Shown here: positions 19,651 to 27,490 of the stretch, piece after piece | How the letters are laid out: each line of letters starts with the position of its first letter | Numbering within the stretch: the stretch's first letter is position 1 | NCBI GenBank assembly: GCA_002898395.1 | Contig: BEHE01000009.1 | Coordinates: forward strand, 1 to 64,000 | Origin: Candidatus Calditenuaceae archaeon HR02 | Lineage (GTDB): Archaea; Thermoproteota; Nitrososphaeria_A; Caldarchaeales; Calditenuaceae | Reading direction: 5' to 3' | DNA length: 64,000 nucleotides | Position numbers and translations under genes: made by a program | The notes under the pieces: generated by a model | Databases searched by the model: none | Told to the model about the DNA's origin: nothing | What the model saw: the letters and a program-made list of their open reading frames with translations, nothing else

Positions 19651-21222
19651 ATGACCCACGGAGGAGGCCGGGGCACTACCAACAGAGAGAAAGTGCTCAT
19701 CCTTGACTTCGGAGGCCAGTATACCCACCTCATAGCCAGGAGATGCAGGGAAGCTGGCGTCTACTCAGAGATAGTGCCCTTCAACATTTCACCAGAAGAG
19801 ATAAGCCGCTATAGTAACGTTAAGGCGCTTATATTCTCGGGAGGGCCTAGGAGCGTCTACGAGGAGGGCGCACCGCATCCTGACAAGAGGGTGCTCGAGA
19901 CGGGTATACCTATACTGGGGATATGCTATGGCCACCAGCTCCTTGCAGAGCAGCTTGGAGGTAAAGTGGTGCGTGGTTCTAAAGCTGAGTACGGGAGAGC
20001 CATAGTTAACGTGGTTGAGGACTCGGCGCTCTTCGCATCACTTAACAAACGTTTTGAGGTGTGGATGAGTCATGGCGACGCTGTGCTGAAGACGCCTGAG
20101 GGATTTAGGGTGACAGCTATCTCTGAAGACAACCTCATCGCTGCAATGGAGAACGCGGAGAAGAAGATATACTCGGTGCAGTTTCACGTCGAGGTGAAGC
20201 ATACACCACCTGGTATGCAAATTCTCAAAAACTTCCTCAAGAACGTGGCCGGTTGTAGATGCGATTGGCGGCCAATAGACATACTGGATGAGGTTGTGAG
20301 AAGCGTCGCCGAGACCGTGGGGGAGGATGAGAAAGTTATCTGCGGTGTCAGCGGAGGGGTAGATTCCATGACCACCGCGGCCATTATCCAGAGGGCTATC
20401 GGTGATAGGCTCCATGTAATATTCATAGATCACGGGCTTCTCAGGAAGGGAGAGAGGGAGCTTGTATTAGAGGGTCTGAAGCTCCTCCAGATAAAAAATG
20501 TACACTTCATCGATGCAAGTAGGGAATTTCTGATGGCCCTTCGCGGAGTCAGGGACCCCGAGGAGAAGAGGAGGATTATAGGGCGGGTGTTTGTAGAAGT
20601 CTTTGAGAAGGTTGCATCCAGTATAGGGGGCGCGAAGTATCTTGCACAGGGAACGATATATCCCGACAGGGTGGAGAGTGGCGCAACTGGAGCCCTGACA
20701 AGCCTCATCAAGAGCCACCACAATGTCGCCGGATTGCCAGAAAAGCTCGGACTACAGCTAATAGAGCCGCTAAAAGACCTCTACAAGGATGAGGTCAGAG
20801 AGGTCGCGAAGACCCTAGGTCTACCTGCATCCGTGATAGAAAGGCACCCATTCCCCGGCCCAGGCCTAGCAGTTAGAGTCGAGGGGGAAGTGACGGAGGA
20901 GAAGCTGAGAATCTGCCGGGAAGCGAGCGCTATTGTAGAGGAGGAATTCCATAGAGCAGGCCTATACGGCTCGGTTTGGCAGGCGTTCGCCGTTGTGCTT
21001 GACTCGAAGTGGGTGGGGGTCAAGGGCGACGCCAGAAGCGTTGGCCACGTAGTTGTCGTTAGGGCTGTAACGAGCGAGGACGGCATGACCGCTGACTGGT
21101 ATCCGGCACCCAGCGAGCTGATGGACAGAATCTCACGGAGAATAACAAACGAGGTTGAGGGCGTGGTTATGGTGGCCTATGCCCTCACCTCTAAACCCCC
21201 CGCCACAATAGAGGCTTACTAG
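19651..21222 (+). CDS. guaA: GMP synthase (fused glutaminase and ATP pyrophosphatase)
   Basis: ILDFGGQY, GICYGHQ, SGGVDS, IKSHHN, PFPGPGL, KPPATIE; probable ATG 19651. Confidence 0.96.
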   Translation: MTHGGGRGTTNREKVLILDFGGQYTHLIARRCREAGVYSEIVPFNISPEEISRYSNVKALIFSGGPRSVYEEGAPHPDKRVLETGIPILGICYGHQLLAEQLGGKVVRGSKAEYGRAIVNVVEDSALFASLNKRFEVWMSHGDAVLKTPEGFRVTAISEDNLIAAMENAEKKIYSVQFHVEVKHTPPGMQILKNFLKNVAGCRCDWRPIDILDEVVRSVAETVGEDEKVICGVSGGVDSMTTAAIIQRAIGDRLHVIFIDHGLLRKGERELVLEGLKLLQIKNVHFIDASREFLMALRGVRDPEEKRRIIGRVFVEVFEKVASSIGGAKYLAQGTIYPDRVESGATGALTSLIKSHHNVAGLPEKLGLQLIEPLKDLYKDEVREVAKTLGLPASVIERHPFPGPGLAVRVEGEVTEEKLRICREASAIVEEEFHRAGLYGSVWQAFAVVLDSKWVGVKGDARSVGHVVVVRAVTSEDGMTADWYPAPSELMDRISRRITNEVEGVVMVAYALTSKPPATIEAY

Positions 21223-21276
21223 CCAGCTGAGGCCCAATCAGAGTTAAATTCCACCAGATGACAGCTGGAGTAGAGT

Positions 21277-22038
21277 TTGCGGATAGCTTATTTCGTCGGG
21301 ACAGCAGGGTCTGGGAAATCCTCGCTGACAGCGGCCTATGCAGAGTGGCTGAAACAAAATGAACAGAGCGTCGCGACGGTAAACTTAGACCCTGCCGCTA
21401 CAGTCCTCCCCTACGAGCCAGAAGTAGACATCAGAGAATACGTCGACTATGAACGGATGATGCTTACATATAATCTAGGCCCTAACGCCGCACTCATCGC
21501 CTCGGTGAGAGAAGCTGTGAGGGAGATCGACACACTCTGCTCAGAGATCATGGACCTCTCGGTAGACTATGTGCTAATCGATACGCCTGGCCAGCTAGAG
21601 TTATTCGCCTTCAGGAAGGAGGGTAGAGCAATCGTTAAGGCCCTCAGAAGGGTTCCAAGCATCATAATATATCTAATGGATCCAGTCGCGAGCCACACGA
21701 CAAGGCTATTTGCATCCTCGCTATTCCTAGCCACATCGGTCTATCTCTCACTCAACCTCCAATCAATCATCGCAATATCGAAGATCGACATAGTCCCGAA
21801 GAGAATACTTAGACGAATCCGCAGATGGATCTCTTCACAGGAAGCCCTCGAGGTTGATATAGAGTCTAGGAGCCAAGGCATGCAAATGCTTATAACAAGG
21901 GATATTGTTCATATTTTGCACGACATTGGCAGAACATTTCCGGTTATTGCTGTGTCTTCCAAAACACTGGAAGGACTGGGAGCGCTCCACGGCGCAGTCA
22001 CTAGAGCACTTAGTGAGGGTGAATATGAGCTCAGATAG
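21277..22038 (+). CDS. GPN-loop GTPase
   Basis: GTAGSGKS, NLDPA, LGPN, DTPGQLE. Confidence 0.92.
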   Translation: MRIAYFVGTAGSGKSSLTAAYAEWLKQNEQSVATVNLDPAATVLPYEPEVDIREYVDYERMMLTYNLGPNAALIASVREAVREIDTLCSEIMDLSVDYVLIDTPGQLELFAFRKEGRAIVKALRRVPSIIIYLMDPVASHTTRLFASSLFLATSVYLSLNLQSIIAISKIDIVPKRILRRIRRWISSQEALEVDIESRSQGMQMLITRDIVHILHDIGRTFPVIAVSSKTLEGLGALHGAVTRALSEGEYELR

Positions 22039-22938
22039 GTGGTCCTTATGAGCATCGAGGAAGAGATTTCGAGAGAGATCGGCGAACTAAAGGACAGGAT
22101 AAGCGAGCTGGACAGGAAGATTGAGGAGATAAACACGAAAATCAGCAAAAACATCTCGGAGAGAGACAAGACACATGATAAGATGAGAGAGATAAGGGAG
22201 AAGGTAAAGAGGCTAAAGGAGGAGAAAGCATCACTCATGGAAGAGAGCAGAGCCTTGAGACGAGAGGTGAGAGAGCTGAGACAGAAGCTGCTTAACTATG
22301 TCATAGAGAAGAGGCAGCTAAAGGGTGAGCTGAAGAACCTGAGACTTTCGATGGATGTGAATAGGATAAAGAAGAGGCTCGACGAGATAGATCTCTATCT
22401 AACATCTCATAGGGTGAGTAGAGAGGAAGAAAGAAAGCTCTTCGAGGAGGCTTCAAAGCTTGAGGCGATGCTCATAGACTATGAGAAAGCCCTAAAGATA
22501 CACCTCTCACTGAACGAACTCTCACCCCAGATGGAGGAGGTTAGGAGAGATCTTGAAGAGAAGAGAAAGAGGCTTGAGAGTGTGACAGCTAGGCTGGGCC
22601 AGATCTCGATGGAGATGGAGGCCCTTAACAATCTTTACGACAATCTTAAGAGTGAGGCAGATAGATACCACTCCAGCTACATCGAGGCTAGAGAGGAGAG
22701 AGACAGGCTTGAAGCCGAGAGAATATTAGCAGCTTCTAGAATATACGAGCTCTACAGACTCCTGAGGGGTAAGAGGGAGGAGCTGCTAAAGAAGAGGATC
22801 AGCGAGGTCAAGGCTAAGAGAAAGAAAGAGGCCATCGAGAAGCTGGAGAGAGGGGAGAAGCTAGAGTTTGAGGAGATGAAAATATTGCTGGAGGATGAGA
22901 CCCTCTGGCAGCCAAACGGAGGAGCAAGACAATCATAG
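22039..22938 (+). CDS. Archaeal coiled-coil protein (COG1340-like)
   Basis: E/K/R heptad pattern throughout; C-terminal KLERGEKLEFEEMKIL. Confidence 0.8.
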   Translation: MVLMSIEEEISREIGELKDRISELDRKIEEINTKISKNISERDKTHDKMREIREKVKRLKEEKASLMEESRALRREVRELRQKLLNYVIEKRQLKGELKNLRLSMDVNRIKKRLDEIDLYLTSHRVSREEERKLFEEASKLEAMLIDYEKALKIHLSLNELSPQMEEVRRDLEEKRKRLESVTARLGQISMEMEALNNLYDNLKSEADRYHSSYIEAREERDRLEAERILAASRIYELYRLLRGKREELLKKRISEVKAKRKKEAIEKLERGEKLEFEEMKILLEDETLWQPNGGARQS

Positions 22939-23170
22939 CGGGGAAGAAGAAACCGTATATAACCCTTTAAATATCATTACCAGATGGTATGTTGAAAAAT
23001 TGTTACCAATATTACGGCATACTATGAAATAGATCTCCGCTAAGATTCGTCTGAGAATCCCATGTCTACTGGCCGGAGAGAATAACTTTGCCTTCATATG
23101 TACTGATTACATTATTCATAGAGAGGACAGGCGACCTAGCCCTGAGTAAGATGCACAAGGCCCATAAATG

Positions 23171-23457
23171 TTTATCGTAGTGATTGGTAAACTACGGTAG
23201 AATCATAGTGATGGGTTAAACGCCCAAATTAGGGAAAAATGGGGGAGGGGGTTAGCCCAGCAGACAACCAGCCCAGCAACAAGGATAAACCCGAGGCCGG
23301 CATGTCAAGAAGGTTAACGGACTGGCATTTTCGCCAGTCATGTCTGGAGTTTAAACGGCCGGCCTCTTTTGGGTTTCCTAGATGTTGTTGGGCTGGTTGT
23401 CCGATGGCTAACCCCCCGTCTTTCCATTGTTTAAGTTTTTAATCCTTCACTATGGTT
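23171..23457 (+). ncRNA. Putative structured ncRNA, copy 1: small 5' hairpin plus ~257 nt rod with symmetric variable internal loop
   Basis: Arms 23201-23301 pair with 23358-23457; apical GACTGGC-attttc-GCCAGTC; G-U pairs favour the + strand; homologue at 47303-47509. Confidence 0.7.
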
Positions 23458-23520
23458 GTCGGATGATATTGAGTGTTTTAAGCCGCTCTCTCGGCCCCTC
23501 TTAGAGAGCCTTCTCGCGAC
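23270..23520. repeat. Dispersed repeat family A, copy 1 (partner ~47318-47579)
   Basis: Shared blocks such as gcccagcaaca, aaacccgaggccgg, aacggactggcattttcgccagtcatgtc, tttgggtttcctagatgttgttggg, tctttccattgttt, agtgttttaag, cttagagagccttct-gcgac. Confidence 0.95.
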
Positions 23521-23668
23521 CTTCTACGAGTCTGTCAAATATCTGCTCCTCCAGCTCGCTCATCCTAGACTTCAGCTGGCCAAGGGCCTCGTTAAGAAGA
23601 TTCTCACAGGTCTGTGCCTCGCTTAGTAGAGCGTTCCTCTCGTCTGAGAGCTGGTTGAGCTTCTTCAC
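23501..23668 (-). pseudogene. Coiled-coil gene fragment (55 aa)
   Basis: VKKLNQLSDERNALLSEAQTCENLLNEALGQLKSRMSELEEQIFDRLVEGREKAL*; in-frame TAG shortly upstream. Confidence 0.4.
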
Positions 23669-23802
23669 GGATCGGAGGTCTGGGCACTACTTATCAACCC
23701 CAATAAAGTCCCAGGTAAGATAACCACAAGGCTGGACTTCCTATGCTACCAGTCATGGTAGGTTTTAAATTTAAAGAGGTAATCATGTATGTCTGGGGTT
23801 GG

Positions 23803-24942
23803 ATGGCTGAAGAGGCGAAGAGGCCGCTCCTGATACTGGTTATTGATGAGGATAATGATGTCGGGGTTAAGGCTGGGGTACAATCCCCCATCATAGGACG
23901 TGAAAAAAACCTGGAAGCGGCTCTGAAGCTTATCATGGCAGACCCCGAGGATGCCGATGCCAATGCGATGTTCGCCGCCATCAAGATATTCGACAATGAG
24001 TCGCATAGGTGGCCTAATGGTGTTGAGATAGCTACTGTGACGGGAAAACATGATGGTGGACTTGAGTCAGACCTGAAGATTTCAAGGGAGATAGAAAGCG
24101 TTATCAGGCAGCTGGGGGCTACCGAGTGTATTGTAGTCTCAGACGGTCCACTCCCCTCATCACTCTCATCTATCATCAGCTCACGCATCAAGGTAGTCTC
24201 GTCCAGAACAGTAATTGTCAAGCAGAGCCAGACGATAGAGACTAGCTGGATACTATTCCTCAGATACCTCAAAATGCTCGTCTACGACACCTCCTATTCA
24301 AGAATAATTCTCGGAGTCCCCGGCATACTATTATTATTAATGGGAGTGCTTCATTTTTTCAATCTGCTCAGCCTACCCCTCCTCCTAATCTTTGTGGGAA
24401 TCGCGCTCCTCGTTAGGGGGTTCGGAATAGATGCGGCCTTCTCAGGCCTCATCCGGAGACTGGCCGAGATATCGAATAAACCTAGTCTAGTACAGCTACG
24501 TATATTCACAGCCGTTGTCGGTCTGATTCTAATAATAGTCGCTTTTGTAGCGGGTTTTCAGGCGGCCTTAAACTATCTTCAATCCGCTTTAAGGGGTGGG
24601 GAGCTAAACTTCGAGCAGGTTCTTCCGCGCATGGGACCATTCGCAGGTGTGTTGATAGTCAATAGCATAGACTTGATAGCTATTGCCGCATTCCTCAACA
24701 CAGCCTACAACATATTCTACTACTATCAGATGAAGAGTACTCGCGTTTGGAGGCATGTACAAGCCATGCTGATATTCTTCTTCCTCTGGATTATGATGAG
24801 GCTGCTCGGAGCCTTCCTTACCACACAGAGCATCGTCTACCTCATACAGCTTGTATTGATCGCGCTGATAGGTTTCGCCTCGCTGCTAACCTCTATTACG
24901 ATTATAAGATCGATCAGAAGTATGAGGGCGCCTAAGCAATGA
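23803..24942 (+). CDS. DUF373 family membrane protein
   Basis: LILVIDEDNDVG.KAG...PIIGRE, DPEDADAN, VSDG, VKQSQTIE; adjacent to uppS. Confidence 0.85.
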   Translation: MAEEAKRPLLILVIDEDNDVGVKAGVQSPIIGREKNLEAALKLIMADPEDADANAMFAAIKIFDNESHRWPNGVEIATVTGKHDGGLESDLKISREIESVIRQLGATECIVVSDGPLPSSLSSIISSRIKVVSSRTVIVKQSQTIETSWILFLRYLKMLVYDTSYSRIILGVPGILLLLMGVLHFFNLLSLPLLLIFVGIALLVRGFGIDAAFSGLIRRLAEISNKPSLVQLRIFTAVVGLILIIVAFVAGFQAALNYLQSALRGGELNFEQVLPRMGPFAGVLIVNSIDLIAIAAFLNTAYNIFYYYQMKSTRVWRHVQAMLIFFFLWIMMRLLGAFLTTQSIVYLIQLVLIALIGFASLLTSITIIRSIRSMRAPKQ

Positions 24943-25724
24943 TTGAGAAGATACTCAGGCTTTTTGGGGTGTATTCGCTCTATGAGAGATGGTTAGAGAG
25001 GATTGTGGGCAGCGGTGATATACCCCAACACCTCGCAGTAATCCTAGACGGTAATAGGCGCTGGGCTAGGAGCGTAGGTATTCCCCCAAGCAAGGCGTAC
25101 AGGTTTGGCGCCGACAAGGTTGAGGAGCTTCTGAGGTGGTGCCTGAAGATCGGGATTAAAATTGTTACCCTGTATGTCTTGTCAGTTGAAAATATAATGA
25201 GGAGGCCTAGGGAAGAGCTTGAGGAAATTTATAGGATTTTGATGGAGAAGGCTGAGAGGTTCTTGAAAGACGAGACGGTCTGGAGGGAGAAGGTTAGGTT
25301 TAGGGTGATAGGTAGGCTGGATTATCTGCCAGGCGAGCTTGCTGAGAGTCTTAGAAGGCTTGAGAGGGAGACGATGCATCATGATAGGTTCCATTTGAAC
25401 ATTGCAGTCGCGTACGGTGGGAGAGCAGAGATAGTTGATGCGGTCAGAAAGATCTGCAGCAAAGTTGCGGAGGGGGAACTTCAGCCAGACCAAGTTGACG
25501 AGGAGACCATCGAGCATAACTTGTATACCAATGGGCTTCCCAAGCCTGACCCCGACCTAGTCATCAGGACATCGGGTGAGGAGAGAATAAGCAACTTCCT
25601 CCTCTGGCAGATAGCTTACAGCGAGCTGGTCTTCCTAGATGTCTACTGGCCTTCATTTAGAAGGATAGACCTTCTGCGCGCCATTAGAACTTATCAGCAG
25701 AGGACACGTAGATTTGGCGGCTAA
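24939..25724 (+). CDS. uppS: Polyprenyl diphosphate synthase (cis-prenyltransferase)
   Basis: ILDGNRRWA, YGGRAEI, RTSGEERISNFLLWQIAYSE. Confidence 0.95.
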   Translation: MIEKILRLFGVYSLYERWLERIVGSGDIPQHLAVILDGNRRWARSVGIPPSKAYRFGADKVEELLRWCLKIGIKIVTLYVLSVENIMRRPREELEEIYRILMEKAERFLKDETVWREKVRFRVIGRLDYLPGELAESLRRLERETMHHDRFHLNIAVAYGGRAEIVDAVRKICSKVAEGELQPDQVDEETIEHNLYTNGLPKPDPDLVIRTSGEERISNFLLWQIAYSELVFLDVYWPSFRRIDLLRAIRTYQQRTRRFGG

Positions 25725-26821
25725 TAGACCAGATAATCGTCTAAGGGGTAGGAGGTGAGTGGTATGGCAGATTCCTCCGTGACCAAGACTGTGTCCTCCA
25801 TTCTGACACCCCACTCACCCATTATATAGATACCCGGCTCACAGGTCACCACGTTATTCTCCATGAACTGGTCTTGACTGCCAGGACCTATTCTCGGGGG
25901 CTCATGAATATCAATCCCCACGCCGTGGCCTAGGCTGTGTATAAAGTAGGATCCCATCCCCTTGCTGCTTAGTGAGTCACGGGCTATGTCGTCAACGTAG
26001 CTGCATGAGACTCCTGGCCGCATTATGCTTTGAGCCAGCGTCTTGGCGTTTATAACGGATTCGAATGCATTCTGAAGTTTCTCATCCATCTCTTTTCCGA
26101 TGTAGAAGGTCCTAGTTATATCGGAGCAGTATCCCTCTACTTTCACACCAAGATCAATGACAACTACATCACCCTTCTTTAGGACCCTATCTCTAGTCGT
26201 TCCTCTTTGGATTGGCCCGTGGGGGAAGGCTGAGCGCTCTCCGAAAGCAACTATCGGCGCGAAGGCGGGCTCTTGGCCCACACGCCTGTAAATTTCAGCG
26301 GTCAGCTCCGCCTTGACCTCACTCTCCCTAATCCCTGGTACCAAGAGGTCTGAGGCTGCCCTCATGACCTTGTCGGAGATTGAGCAGGCTTCCCTAATCA
26401 CCTCCACCTCATATGGATCCTTTGACATTCTCATGTCCCATACGAGCCTTGACTGTGGCCGCAGGTCTATACCTCCTATTAGGGCGCTGATCTTCCTATA
26501 AGTCTCGATGTCTAGGTTGTCTATTCCGACCATTCCTCCTAACTGGCTGAGAATCTCTGCGAGGAGCGCTTCTGGCGCAGCCCCCATTTTTAACTGCACT
26601 ATCTCGATCTCCTGCGAAGCCTCCTTCTCTGCGAGACCGTAGTTCATTGGTGAAACGTAGAGAATTGCTGAGCCATCTTGGCGGATAAGGAGTGTTGCTG
26701 GACCTGGTAGTCCCGTGAAGTAGAAAATGTTTGACTCGTTGATGCATATGTAGGCGTTGAATCCGGAGAGCTCCAGCCGTGCTGCAAACTTTTCAATCCT
26801 GTCCTTATACCTCAACTCCAA
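25721..26821 (-). CDS. Xaa-Pro aminopeptidase (M24)
   Basis: YCSDITRT, HSLGHGVGIDIHEPP, TCEPGIY, GVRMED. Confidence 0.93.
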   Translation of the reverse strand: MELRYKDRIEKFAARLELSGFNAYICINESNIFYFTGLPGPATLLIRQDGSAILYVSPMNYGLAEKEASQEIEIVQLKMGAAPEALLAEILSQLGGMVGIDNLDIETYRKISALIGGIDLRPQSRLVWDMRMSKDPYEVEVIREACSISDKVMRAASDLLVPGIRESEVKAELTAEIYRRVGQEPAFAPIVAFGERSAFPHGPIQRGTTRDRVLKKGDVVVIDLGVKVEGYCSDITRTFYIGKEMDEKLQNAFESVINAKTLAQSIMRPGVSCSYVDDIARDSLSSKGMGSYFIHSLGHGVGIDIHEPPRIGPGSQDQFMENNVVTCEPGIYIMGEWGVRMEDTVLVTEESAIPLTSYPLDDYLVY

Positions 26822-26863
26822 TCTGCTGTCAATCTATCCGCGGACTATATCAATCTTCAACCA

Positions 26864-27022
26864 TTAAAGCAGAATAGAAATTGTCCTGAAGACGGTTTGA
26901 GGGGTTCTGATGAAGGGAGATTTAAACGGGAGGTAGGCTGGTTTAGCGCTTTTTCCATGTGATACTCGCCCCCGCCCTACATCTATTATCTTCTTGACTT
27001 GTTTCTTAGTTTTGTGTTGCAT
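26864..27022 (-). pseudogene. N-terminal gene remnant carried by repeat family B
   Basis: MQHKTKKQVKKIIDVGRGRV...; the first 13 codons recur at 46840-46877. Confidence 0.45.
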
Positions 27023-27114
27023 CGGGGGCATCTAATTTGTTCTGTGTTTATGTATTGTTGGCATTTTGAGGAGTATTTAAATCACCTACCATATGCACCA
27101 CTACTAGCGTCGGG
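26985..27114. repeat. Dispersed repeat family B, copy 1 (partner 46840-46959)
   Basis: attatcttct-gacttgtt-cttagttttgtgttgcatc...gtttatgtattgttggc-ttttgag-agtatttaaatc...ctagcg-cggg. Confidence 0.93.
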
Positions 27115-27186
27115 GGTATCGAACTCTCAACAAAGACGATATGGCATTATAGGGATGAGATAGGAGAAAGGAAGGATTGGTGGAAG

Positions 27187-27262
27187 ATTTGTGATAGGTT
27201 ACAGAGAGGTCTAGGCAGGAGAATGAGGCGCAGACGAAAACCCGCCCCCTCCCCTTTATCCC
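27187..27262. repeat. Dispersed repeat family C, copy 2
   Basis: Direct-orientation match to 16935-17011. Confidence 0.9.
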
Positions 27263-27490
27263 CTCTTTTTCCTTTTTCGGATCGGTTTCGCACCCGCATT
27301 CCATATGAAAGTAAGGTTATTCCCTGGATGCCTCCAAGGCGGGCCGTCAAGCCCCTCCCCACCACTCTTCACGCCCTTCTCCCTCACCTCCACGACCTCT
27401 CTTATGCTCCCGAGCACCTCAAGCTCGTGCTCCAGCTCCCTAATCTTCTTATCAAGATATTCTCTTAGCTGGCTTATCCATTCTCAACCT

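Noticed and set aside
19567-21222. Fused GuaA as a novelty
   Set aside because: The fused form is common; the apparent N-terminal extension comes from an upstream TTG.
23239-23442. 67 aa ORF across RNA copy 1, and the similar 73 aa ORF at 47273-47494
   Set aside because: Similarity follows the nucleotide repeat, the frame shifts between copies, and changes preserve base pairing rather than amino acids.
23201-23457. SRP RNA, RNase P RNA, or box C/D or H/ACA sRNA identity for the rod
   Set aside because: No SRP helix 6/8 motifs, no RNase P consensus and no RUGAUGA/CUGA boxes were seen; two diverged copies tied to gene remnants argue against a single-copy housekeeping RNA.
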